A DNA stretch of 64,000 nucleotides, from assembly GCF_018350175.1 (NCBI RefSeq), contig NC_058368.1, positions 5,084,001-5,148,000 of the forward strand, in the 5' to 3' direction. Both the position numbers and the translations under genes were made by a program. Shown here in pieces: positions 1 through 48,969 of the stretch. Positions within the stretch are counted from its first letter, which is position 1. Every line of letters begins with the position of its first letter. The notes under the pieces are model-generated. The model ran no database searches. It saw only the letters and a list, made by a program, of their open reading frames with translations, and was not told the origin of the DNA. The stretch is from Felis catus. Its lineage: Eukaryota.

Positions 1-31
<31 letters not shown>

Positions 32-41
32 AAAAGAAGGA

Positions 42-93
<52 letters not shown>

Positions 94-103
94 AAAAGAA
101 GGA

Positions 104-151
<48 letters not shown>

Positions 152-152
152 A
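1..152. repeat. (GAAA)n tetranucleotide microsatellite
   Basis: Read directly; runs off the window start. Confidence 0.98.
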
Positions 153-1029
153 GACACATTGAAAATTAATGTAGGTCCTTACTGAAGACCTTTTGAGAGA
201 TAAGAATAGGGCAAATTATATTGAGTGACACACATCATGACTTCCTTAATAAAACCTCTTTTTATTATTTTTCCCATGTTTTTGTCATTTTCCCCACTTC
301 CTGTTCCCAGACAGGTTACCCTCACATATCAGGTTATCTATCCTCCACCTTCTTTTCTCTTGTCATTTCTCACTTTTTCTCTCTTACTGATTCTAAAAGA
401 GAGGGAATAACAATGATAACACTTACTACCTGATAATCAGGAGGCAGAAAGTGTACCGGATGCTTTACCTGTATTCTGAGGAAAATACTTTCCTCAGTTT
501 AAAGATGAGGAAAGTAAAATACAATGAAGTAACTTGCCCAATATCATGCAACAGAGAAAGCCTAGATCCATGATGTGAAGCCAGACAGTCTGACTCTAGA
601 GTCTGTATTATTAATAATTATTCTATATTGGTTTTCCACAATCCATATAGATGTTCCATTTATGATAATATGATAGGCTAGGAAATGACCCTGCCTTAAA
701 AAAAAAAAGACTTAAAATAACAGGCAAAGTAGAAATCAAGTTCTGTAAAGAACCAGGTAACAGACAAGACAGTGAGGCCTTACCGTGCAAACTATAAGGG
801 AAAGTATATACCCAGAGAGGTAAGCAGGAAACTGGAAATGTGGCAAAAGGGCCGTTTCCAAACCAGGTGCCCTCAAAGGATGCAAAATTCAGAAGTCAAA
901 ATCTCAGGCCCACCCAGGTGGGGAGTTTAATGAGGCGCTCTCTCCCTACGTAAAGCCAGGGCCGTATGCTCATTTTGTTTAAAGAAATGACATTTAAAAT
1001 ATCTGCAGTATAGGGGGAAATAATTTAAA

Positions 1030-1252
1030 AAAAATTTTTTTTGTTTACTTAGTTTTGAGAGAGAGACAGAGACAGAGACAGAGCAAGAGCAGGGGAAGGG
1101 TAGAGAGAGAGGGAGACACTGAATCCGAAGCAGGCTCCAGGCTCTGAGCTGTCAGCACAGAGCCCAACGCGAGGCTTGAGCCCAGGAACTGTGAAATCAT
1201 GACCTGGGCCGAAGTCGGTTGCTTAACTGTCTGAGCCACCCAAGCGCCCCGG
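1030..1252 (-). mobile_element. Can-SINE (SINEC_Fc type)
   Basis: tRNA-like head GGCGCTTGGGTGGCTCAG on the minus strand, (CT)n region, A tail; TSD ggggaaa(a)taattt. Confidence 0.92.
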
Positions 1253-1915
1253 GGGAAAATAATTTCTGAATGATATAGCAAATATGAAGAACCAAATATA
1301 ACTTCTATAAATTAAATACAAAAATTGGAATGGAAAGCTCATCGGATGGGTTTAACAGATTAAACAAATTAGAAGAAATAATTAGAAAACCAGAAGTTAC
1401 TAAAAAAATTACCCACAAAGGAAAGGAGTACAGAGAGACAAAAAGATTATAAATATGACAAAAGATTCAGGAAAAATGAAGGAAAGAGTGCAAAGATCTA
1501 ACATAAACCTAATCACAGTTTCACAAGAATAAGAGAGAGAAGAAGAGAGACTGGGCAAAAATAACATTTGATGAGATAATGCCTGATTTTTTTTTTTTTT
1601 TTTTTAGAATGCATGGAAGACACCGATCCACAGAATAAAGAAGCCTACAAATTCCAAGTTTGATAAAAAGACATCCATGTCTAGATACATGATAGCGAAC
1701 TACAGATTCCCTATGGTGACTTGGTTATGGCAACACCAAAGACAAAAATGGAGATCTTAAAAGCATCCAGAGAAAAAGTACAAATTACCTCCAGTAGATC
1801 CGTAATTACATTTACAGTTGACTTCTTATCAGCAATAGATAGAAGGCATGTAACATTGCAATGGTATCTGCCATATACTGGAAGAAACAACCAATAATCT
1901 AAAATACTTTTTGCA

Positions 1916-2915
1916 GGGGTGCCTGGCTGGCTCAATTGGTAATGTGACTCGTGATCTCAGGGTTGTAAGTTTGAGCCCCATGTTCAGTGTAGAGATTACT
2001 TAATAATAAATCTTTAAAAAATCAAATAAAATAGGGAAGCCTGGGTGGCTCAGTCAGTTAAACGTCCAAGTCTTGATTTCGGCTCAGGTCATGATCTCAT
2101 GGTTCATGAGTTCCTGCCCCACCTGGGGTTCCATGCTGACAGTGCAGAGCCTACTTGGGATTCTCTCCCCCCCAGCCCCCCGTCCCTCTCCCACTCTCTC
2201 TCTCTCTCAAAATAAATAAATAAACTTAAAAAAATTTTTTAATGGGAAATAAATCACTTAAAAAATAAAATACTTTTTCCAGGAAAACATATCTTTCAAA
2301 AAATGAAAGTAGGGGGAAAAAAACTCAGACATCTTCCAAAAGACAAAAACAGAAAGACTGAGTTTGCCATGATCCATATTACAGCAAATTCTAAATTGTA
2401 TTTCAGAATAGGGAAAATGATCACAGATGGGAGATCTAAGATACAAAAGAAATGAAGATTCTTTTTTTTTTACATTTATTTATTTTTGAGACAGAGAGAG
2501 AGCATGAACAGGGGAGGGTCAGAGAAAGAGGGAGACACAGAATCTGAAACAGGCTCCAGGCTCCGAGCTGTCAGCACAGAGCCCGTCGTGGGGCTCGAAC
2601 CCACGGACTGCAAGATCATGACCTAAGCCGAAGTCGGGACGCTTAACCGACTGAGCCACCCAGGTGCCCCAAAGATTCTTTTTAACATAAAGAAATGAGA
2701 GGCGCCTGAGTGGCTCAGCCAGTTAAGCTTCTGTGTTTGGCTCAGATCATGATCGCATAGTTTCGTGAGTGGAGCCCCGCATCCGGCCCTGCGCTGACAG
2801 TTCAGAGGCTGGAGCCTGCTTCAGATTCTGTGTCTCTCTCCCCATCTTTCTGCCCGCCTCCCCCACAAACTCATGCTTTGTCTCTGTCTCTCAAAAATAA
2901 ATGTTAAAAAAAATT
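1916..2915. mobile_element. Cluster of four Can-SINEs: 1916-2030 +, 2034-2230 +, 2461-2670 -, 2699-2915 +
   Basis: GGG(T/C)GCCTGG(G/C)TGGCTCA heads with CT-rich/poly-A tails. Confidence 0.88.
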
Positions 2916-3336
2916 TCAAACACAGAAATGAGTAAATGTAAATAAACACAAACTGCCTAAAACAATAATAAAGTTTTGCTAAGTTGAACAATAATTCAAA
3001 TACATGAGTTAGGAGTGAGATAAAGTATCCTAGTATCCTTGCATTACCTTGGAAAAGAGTGGGAGTGCTGGGTTAACTTTAGCCTTAAAAAGTTGTGTTT
3101 ATATGTTTTATTTGCTAGAGTAACTGCTAAAATAATAGAAACAGCATATAAGTTCCAATGTAGTAGAAGGTGAAAATGGAATTTTAAAAAGATATATTTG
3201 CCACAGCAAAAAAGAGTATTAGATGTCAACAAATTTAACAAAATATGTGTAAGGTATTTATAGAGCATGTTACAAAACTCCATAAATGGATGGATAATAG
3301 GTATACAGATATGCAATCTCAATCTTCTCCCTCTCT

Positions 3337-3337
<1 letters not shown>

Positions 3338-3386
<49 letters not shown>
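3338..3386. repeat. (CA)n microsatellite
   Basis: Read directly. Confidence 0.97.
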
Positions 3387-3388
<2 letters not shown>

Positions 3389-3407
3389 CTAAATAAATGG
3401 GAGGGCT

Positions 3408-3625
3408 GGGGCGCCTGGGTGGCTCAGTCGGTTAAGCGGCCGACTTCGGCCCAGGTCATGATCTCGTGGTCCGTGAGTTTGAGCCCGGCGTCCGGCTCTG
3501 TGCTAACAGCTCAGAGCCTGGAGCCTGTTTCAGATTCTGTGTCTCCCTCTCTCTGACCCTCCCCCATTCATGCTTTGTCTCTGTCTCAAAAATAAATAAA
3601 CGTTAAAAAAAAAATTAAAAAAAAA
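3408..3625 (+). mobile_element. Can-SINE (SINEC_Fc type)
   Basis: Full head-to-tail match; TSD aaataaatgggaggg. Confidence 0.93.
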
Positions 3626-3886
3626 ATAAATGGGAGGGTACACTATGTTCATGGAATAGAAAACTCATTTTTAAAATATATCAATTCTTCCCAAACTACT
3701 CTATCTACAGATTCAGTGTATGCCCAATCACTATCCTAACAGTCTTGGTGTGCGTATGTATTTTGGGTGTGGTGGGGAGTTGTCAGTACATATGTGTGAT
3801 AAGCTGATTTTACAATATATATGGGAATGTAAAGGGCTAAAAAGAAGTTTGAGGAAGAACAATAAAGCAAGATTTTCCCAAAGGGA

Positions 3887-4110
3887 TTTTTTTTAAATTT
3901 TTTTTTTCAACGTTTATTTATTTTTGGGACAGAGAGAGACAGAGCATGAACGGGGGAGGGGCAGAGAGAGAGGGAGACACAGAATCGGAAACAGGCTCCA
4001 GGCTCCCAGCCGTCAGCCCAGAGCCCGACGTGGGGCTCGAACTCACGGGCCGCGAGATCGTGACCTGGCTGAAGTCGGACGCTTAACCGACTGCACCACC
4101 CAGGCGCCCC
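3887..4110 (-). mobile_element. Young SINEC_Fc
   Basis: CpG-rich, near-consensus copy; TSD gggatttt. Confidence 0.93.
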
Positions 4111-4386
4111 ATGGGATTTTGGAGACATTATAAATTTACAGTGACTTAGGTAGTGTGTTGCAAGAATAGGGCGGATAGGCTTGTGGAACAGAATGAAAGT
4201 CCAGAAATAAACCCACATATAGAGATATTGGATTTATGAAAAATGTGATACTGGAGATCAGTGTGGGGAAACCCTCTTTTCAGTAAATAGGCCTGAGAAA
4301 CTTTGGTTTCTATATGGGTAAAAAGATGAAATTTGATCCTTACCCCACACTATGCATTCCCATGTTGATTAAAGACTCAGATGCAT

Positions 4387-4600
4387 GGGGCGCCTGGGTG
4401 GCACAGTCGGTTAAGCGTCCGACTTCAGCCAGGTCACGATCTCGCGGTCCCGGAGTTCGAGCCCCGCGTCGGGCTCTGGGCTGATGGCTCAGAGCCTGGA
4501 GCCTGTTTCCGATTCTGTGTCTCCCTCTCTCTCTGCCCCTCCCCCGTTCATGCTCTGTCTCTCTCTGTCCCGAAAATAAATAAATGTTGAAAAAAAAAAT
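4387..4600 (+). mobile_element. Young SINEC_Fc
   Basis: GGGGCGCCTGGGTGGCACAGTCGGTTAAGCGTCCGACTTCAGCCAGG...; CpGs retained. Confidence 0.93.
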
Positions 4601-5234
4601 GTGGACTCTAGAGAATCTTAAGCATATGCAATAGTATGTTATGTATATTATGTATATGCAATAGTATATTATAGAATATTATGTATATGTTTTTAGTACC
4701 CCATCTGTAATAGCCCAAAACTATAAACAACAGCAGGAATAAAATAGGTGGATAGATAAATGGTGATACAGTCATAAAATAGAATAATATGCAGCAATGT
4801 TAATGAATATTCAGTTACATATAACAGCAAAGATGAAAATCATAAATGTAAGGTTGAACAAAAAATGCAAGACACAAAACAACCATATGCTATGATTCCA
4901 TTTATGTTATAGTTCAAAAATAGACAAAACTCAACTATGTTTAGGGGTGAACACAGAGGTGCTAAAACTATAAGGAAAATTGGAGTGTGACTGAAGAAGG
5001 GCATAAAAAGAACTTCTAAGTTGCTTGCAGCATCCAGTTTCTTGATGTGGGTGGTGGTCACAATATGGGTGTTTCATGATGTGGATGTTTAGTTTATAAA
5101 CAGAACTTGTATACTTTCTGCATTCTTCTGCAAGTATGATATTTTCGTAACTGGGAAAAGTCTATGAAGTAGGACATTTTAACTTCTTTTCAAAGTAATA
5201 TATACTGTTGTTTTTCTTTCAAAGTCCAAGGGAG

Positions 5235-7548
5235 GGGCATCTGGGTGGCTCAGTTGGCCAAGCGTCTGATTTTTTATCTCAGCTCAGGTCTAGATCTCAG
5301 GGTTGTGAGTTCAAGCCTCACATTGGGCTCTAACACTGGGCATGGATCCTACTTTAAAATAAACAAACAAAAAAATAAACAAACAAATATTCAAGAGTAG
5401 CATAAAGCTTATAACAAAATTTGGTTATCCCCTGCTTCATCACTATTCTTACTTCCCCAAAGCACTCATTCTGATTTTTGTCTTTTTCTTGTTTTTACTT
5501 TCGTATGTCTGAGTAACATAGTTTTAGGACTCTTTCTTGACTTTTTTTTTCAGTTTTAGGTAATTTTTTTCAGTTTCTTCCTTCACTTAAGGTCAGAATT
5601 TAGCTCTTGTAGAAAATCCCCTGCTCCCAGATTTGCATTTCCCCTTCCTCTTGTGCTATTAGAGTTTTAACACCTTTAAAAAGTTGAATTCACACTCATG
5701 TTTTCATTATTATTCTTATAGACTCTTCACTGTGATTCCAAATTAAGTACTCCACTTACATTTCCTTTCTTATATAATTGAATTTTTTTTTTTCAATTGC
5801 CTCTTTGAGTAATTTGCCTAGTTTTCTTTCTCTCTCATGTTAAGTATTCTCACACTAGATCCAGTATTCCTTCATGGTTAAGTCCGACAGATAATCTCTC
5901 AGTTCCATTGTTTTTCCTCGAGACATCTGTCCAGAGGTCCCTAGATATCTAAGAGTCTCTTCCCTTCTTATTCCAGGTTGTTCCAGTTGTTCTCTAGGCC
6001 TACTGAATTATCTTGGGACTCCCCTTCACCAGTATATGGTGAAGCCAGGGAAATGTCTTGATTAGTCTTTTGTGTTGAATTCCTAGATCTTATGTTGTAT
6101 TCTTCTTGATTTGCTTACTTGGTTCTGTTCTGTTTTGGTGGAGTATATTCTTTTTTTTTTTTTAATTTTTTTTTAATGTTTATTTATTTTTGAGACAGAG
6201 AGCGACACAGCATGAACAGGGGAGGGTCAGAGAGAGAGGGAGACACAGAATCTGAAACAGGCTCCAGGCTCTGAGCTGTTGGCACAGAGCCTGATGTGGG
6301 GCTCGAACTCACAGACCGTGAAATCATGACCTGAGTTGAGGTCGGGCGCTTAACCGACTGAGCCACCCAGGCGCCCCTGGTGGAGTATATTCTTTAATGA
6401 CTTCCTGAAATAAGGCAAAAGACAAATCTTTGATGGATAGTTTGGCTGGGTCTAGAATCCCGTGCTGGGAAAAATTTTTTCTCTTAGGATTTTGAGAGCT
6501 CCCAGAAACACATCCTAACTTCCACAGTACCTGTTCAGAAACCTGATGACTTCCTGGTTTCCCTTTGGAGGTCCCCACTTTATTTTCTCAGGAAGCTTTT
6601 TGGATCTCTTCACCCCCATGATCTGAAATTTTAAAACAAGAAACTTGGTTTTCTCCTCTATTTCCATCCAGTGTTTTGAGAACATGATGAACTCTTTGAA
6701 TATTTTTTTTAATGTTTTTTATTCTTGAGAGAGATAGAGCATGAGCAGAAGAGGGCAGAAAGAGAGGGAGACACAAAATCTGAAGCAGGCTCTAGGCTGT
6801 GAGCTGTCAGCACAGAGCCCGACGTGGGGCTCGAACTCACGAACCGTGGTATCATGACCTGAGCTGAAGTTGGGCCCAGGTGCCCCCATGATGAACTCTT
6901 TCAATCTAAAAACACATTTTCATTAATTATGGGAAATTTTCTTATATTATTTCTGAGATAATTACTGTTTCTTTCTTTTTATTATTTTTTTCTTTTTTTC
7001 TCCCTTCCTTCTGTTGTTCTTCCCATTTCCCTCCCTTTCTCCTTTCTTTTTCAAAAAACATTTTTTTAAATGTTTACTTATTTTTGAGAGGGAGAGAGAG
7101 ACAGAGTATGAGCCAGGGGAGGGATAGAGAGAGAGGGAGACACAGAATCAGAAGCAGGCTCCAGGCTCTGAGCAGTCAGCACAGAGCCTGATGCGGGGCT
7201 CGACCTGAGCTGAAGTCAGACACTCAACTGACTGAGCCACCCAAGCGCCTCTCTCCTTTCTTTCTTCTATCAGATGTGAAAAGTCCTGGTCTGACTCTAA
7301 TTTATTATTCTTTTATTCCTATTTTCTAGGCCTTTGTCTTTTTTTTTTTAATGTTTATTTTTATTTTGAGAGAGAAAGAGAGAGAGCGCGAGTGAGCAAG
7401 GGGGGCAGAGAGAGAGGGAGAAAAAGAGCCTGTCCGCTCTGTCAGTGCAGAGCCTGATGCAGGGCTCAATCTCAAGAACTGTGAGATGACAACCTGAGCG
7501 GAAGCCAACAGTCAGACGCTTAACTGACTGAGCCACCCAGTCGCCCCC
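5235..7548. mobile_element. Five Can-SINEs: 5235-5390 +, 6151-6377 -, 6703-6887 -, 7060-7250 -, 7337-7548 -
   Basis: SINEC heads and tails; TSDs such as tggtggagtatattcttt and catgatgaactcttt. Confidence 0.88.
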
Positions 7549-9055
7549 TTTGTCTTCCTAATATATTTTCTGGGAAATTCTTACGACTTTATAATACCAC
7601 CCTTATGGAGTAGGAGTTGTTCTCCCCCTCTTGTGGGGCAGTGTTTCTATATAAATGATTTGGAATGCTTCTGCACAAGATATTTTTCTATTCTTCCCCA
7701 TTTATTATTTATTCATTCGCTTACATCAGTGTGGATTTACCGATGTTCATTTTAAACTTTAGGTTATAATCTGATAGTTCCTTAGTTTCTTGTTCCAGCT
7801 TTGGCCATCAGTAAATTTTTCACTTGGCTCCTATATGTCCTTTGACATACCTCATCAATATAGGCAGGGCTTTTTTGGTTTCTGGTTTTTTGAGCACTTC
7901 CTTACTTTCTGGCACTACAATATGCTCCAGGCTCATCTTGCAACTTTTCCATCCCAACTCCTGGAATTAATAATTTCTCAAGGAGGTCCAGTCCCTTTAA
8001 TTGGAGAATGATACTAGAATCCAAGATCTGGGCACTAGCTGTGCCGACCGCTACTGGAATGCTGTTCCTCCCAGGCTAAGAGTTCATTTGGTCACCTACA
8101 TTTCCCTTTTTCCTTTTTCTAAAAATTTTTTGTAGCACTCTGTTCTGATTCTGTGGATCTCGTTTCTCTAGGTATAAGATAAGATAAAAATAAAGTTACT
8201 TGTTTATTTTTGCTTCCCAAATTCTCTCCATTCCTTCTAGTTTTGTTTTGGTTTCTGACTTTCGCGTCAGACCTGTTCTCTAGAATCTGATGATCTTTGA
8301 CCATCCTTTCAATAAAATGTTACTTAGAAACAATCTTTGTAGGAGCGTTTGACATTTGACGAGCCTCATGCAGAACGAAGAGGTAAGCATTTTGTTGGGG
8401 ATCCCCCATACCACTACTTGAAGGTACTATGCGTTTGAACGGGCACAAGGAATTCTGGGAACAGTTGTCTTGTTGGTAGCAGCAGCAGAAACTGAGTACA
8501 AAGCCCGTTAGGCACCACACACAGGATCGAAAGGATCCATACCATCTGCTCCTCTGCACTAGCACTCTGCACAAACTCCTACCCAGCAGGACACGCCGCA
8601 ACACTTGGACTTGACCACAGCCTTTGATCGCCAGGGAGTTTGCGCAGCACCAACAGGGTCAGCCACAGCGCCCCCACCCCCACACCCCCGCAGCGGACTC
8701 TCTCTGAAACGCCGCGGAGCGGATGAATTATCATCGATCGATTACCGAAACGTCAGGGAGCAGACACGCTCCCGGCACTTCCCCGGGAAGGGGCGGTAGC
8801 CAACCAAAAACTGAGGTCGCCTCCTTTACTATAAAGGCGCCTGGAATGCTCCATAGGGTCTTCCTCACTCTGGGACTCCGCGCATCCCTTTTACCAGTAG
8901 GGAAGGACATAAGCAATAATTGAGATTGAACAACCATAAAGTACAGATTACGTCAACACGTATCCCAATACAGAACTAAAACAAAACGGTCCGCCTTGCC
9001 TTTTACGCCGGACACCACCTCCGTAAGAGAGCCGGCGCCACGCCCACCCCACCCC

Positions 9056-9235
9056 TTCCCAGGGTGCCTTGCGCGGCGCGCCGACCCCCCCCCCCCCCCC
9101 GCCCCCCCCCGTCCCAGGGCGCCTTGCGCGGCGGCCTCGCTCCCGGTGGGCTACGTGCGCGCGGCGGGCGCCGGAACGTGCTCTCGCGTGGTGGCCCCAC
9201 CCACCTCGGCCTTCTCAGCCGCTGGGACTTGAAGT
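9056..9235. promoter_or_regulatory. Cluster of ZNF143/Staf-like and ACTACA-type (THAP11/ZNF143) motifs
   Basis: TTCCCAGGGTGCCTTGCG (9056), GTCCCAGGGCGCCTTGCG (9111), and minus-strand ACTTCAAGTCCCAGC (9221-9235). Confidence 0.55.
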
Positions 9236-9350
9236 TCCCGCCAGGTCGCGGCTGGGTGAGAGCGATGCTGCGCGGCCCGCCTGGACTCTGAGGAGAGAGG
9301 AGCGTCCCCGGCCCCTTGCAGCTTGCTGACGCCTCCGAGCCCCGGCAGCC

Positions 9351-47012
<37,662 letters not shown>

Positions 47013-48425
47013 ACATATGGGTTGATGTGGTTGAGAGAATTCATAGCAGCATCGTTCATTCTATGAGTCTATTTTTCTAAAATTGATGCAGTAATTAAAT
47101 TGCATCCCAGGAGATTTATAAAGTTTTGATATTTTTCCCTACTCTGGAATCTGAACTGTGTTCTTGTTTGCCATGGTAAACATCTTTTTTTCTTGTGAAT
47201 TTGAAACCCAGTTGTGTATTTTTCATTATTTTTTGATGGTCAGTGTAAGCAATGTTCTGATTACATCACTGATAAGTAAAGCCTATTTAACCTAGTGTCA
47301 TAGCAATGTTTTTGTTGATAAGGTTTACATGATGTGAATATATGCACATTTGTTTCTTATACAGATGGTATGAACTCTTAAGTCCTATACTAGAATCAGT
47401 TTGTTCCTTGATAAAGGCCTTTTGAACTACACTGCAGGGCATCTTGTGAATATGTATGTAAATATATACAGAATAATACACACAGTTGTGTGTTCACATA
47501 AAATATATATTTACAGACCTACAACTTTTGCCTCAGACTTGTTCCCCTTTTCTAAGGGTATTCTATTTTTCACCTTTTAAGCTTCAAAGCCTCAGTGCTT
47601 GTAGAGTGATGAGCTAGAGGTACCAGGTCATTGCAGTTGTTTAATTTACTTACAGACTTAATGAAATGGTTACTGGTGTAAATATTTGACCCCCCAGTCT
47701 TTTCCATAGCAGCTGCTCTGAATGAGGAGTGCTGTAAGAATCATCTAACAGATTTTAACAACTTTTATTATCCCGTACACCCTCACATTTGCCTGTATGA
47801 GATGTTTTCTCACATCTGAGATGAACCTTCAAGAGCATATTTGAACTCCAGACTGATGTCTGGGGGCACAGAGCTATTAAGCCAAATTGATTCTATGCAG
47901 GTGAAGGATGCACTATTACTTTAGTGGAAACTTTTGTAGCGATTCCAGTACAGAGTTCTTTCTTATAGGGCTATTGATATTGACACCAAATGGAGTGGTT
48001 TATCAGCCTCTTAATGTCTTAAGTAAGTGCTTAATTTGGAATAGAGAAACAATATATTTTAAGAAAAAAGTATTCTTTGTAGCAACTATAAACTACCCCA
48101 TTTTAACAGTGAACAGAGCTCCAGGTAAAAACACATAAGGCATGTCAGATTGCATCTGTGTAATATTTGTCTATATTAGTATTAGTGACATCGAGTGGGT
48201 GAAAAAGAAGGCCCTTGGAAAGAGAACTGCCTTAGCTATGATTTCACACAGAAACCATTAAGTAGACCTACTTTATCTTTCAAGTACAGTTTTCAAATGG
48301 GATGTGAACATGGAATTTCATTGAAAATAGTATAATTTTTTATATAGAAGGTTTTGTACATAACGTGCATCAAGTGAATATTTTCAGAATCATTTTCACC
48401 AAGGCACCTTTTTTTCTAAAATAGG

Positions 48426-48429
<4 letters not shown>

Positions 48430-48480
<51 letters not shown>
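48430..48480. repeat. (CA)n microsatellite inside the NUP58 3' UTR
   Basis: About 25 uninterrupted CA units. Confidence 0.97.
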
Positions 48481-48483
<3 letters not shown>

Positions 48484-48963
48484 TTTTAGTATAATGTTAG
48501 TTGGGTTTGATTACTAAAGTGTTGTTAAATCTGTTTTATTTATCCGCATACAGCAGTGATTGGCTTTTTGGAATTGAAACTTTTGCGCCTTGATGCATTA
48601 AAATAAGGAAAATGCTTTGTTTTGGAACACTGAAGTTTTTATTTTTGCATTCTTCTCTAAAACTGCAATCCCCAGATCCAGATTTTGGGGAAGGGTAGGA
48701 AAACGTGGGATTTTTGTGTTTTGAATTACTGTCAGAATTAAATACCCAAATATAGCAAGTTTTTTTTTTTTTTTTTTAAGGACATTGCATTGTGCTGCAA
48801 AAATCTGAATATTTATATTTCTTAATTTTGTTCTTTATATCTTATACATTTTAATATGTTGAGCCACTGGAAATTTGTAACAGATCAATTTGTGATAGGA
48901 GTTTAATGTGTTGTCATTGTCTCCAATGTCTTCACTCTGTCCTGAGCGTATCATTATGTAAAC

Positions 48964-48969
48964 AATAAA
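48964..48969 (+). terminator. Distal polyadenylation signal AATAAA
   Basis: aacAATAAAatttattgtgtcagttgctttg, followed by GT-rich sequence. Confidence 0.7.

Larger units (their letters stand above)
1260..5150 (+). mobile_element. Old fragmented L1 (L1M/L1ME-like ORF1, ORF2 and 3' remnants) interrupted by about 7 SINEs
   Basis: A-rich L1-like motifs: gagatcttaaaagcatccagagaaaaag (ORF1), tcaattcttcccaaact...tacagattcagtg and aaagtccagaaataaacccacat (ORF2), atgattccatttatg (3' end). Confidence 0.65.

Noticed and set aside
8320..8604. 94-aa minus-strand ORF just upstream of the promoter, a possible divergent gene
   Set aside because: No recognisable domain or exon structure. A divergent non-coding transcript cannot be judged from sequence alone.
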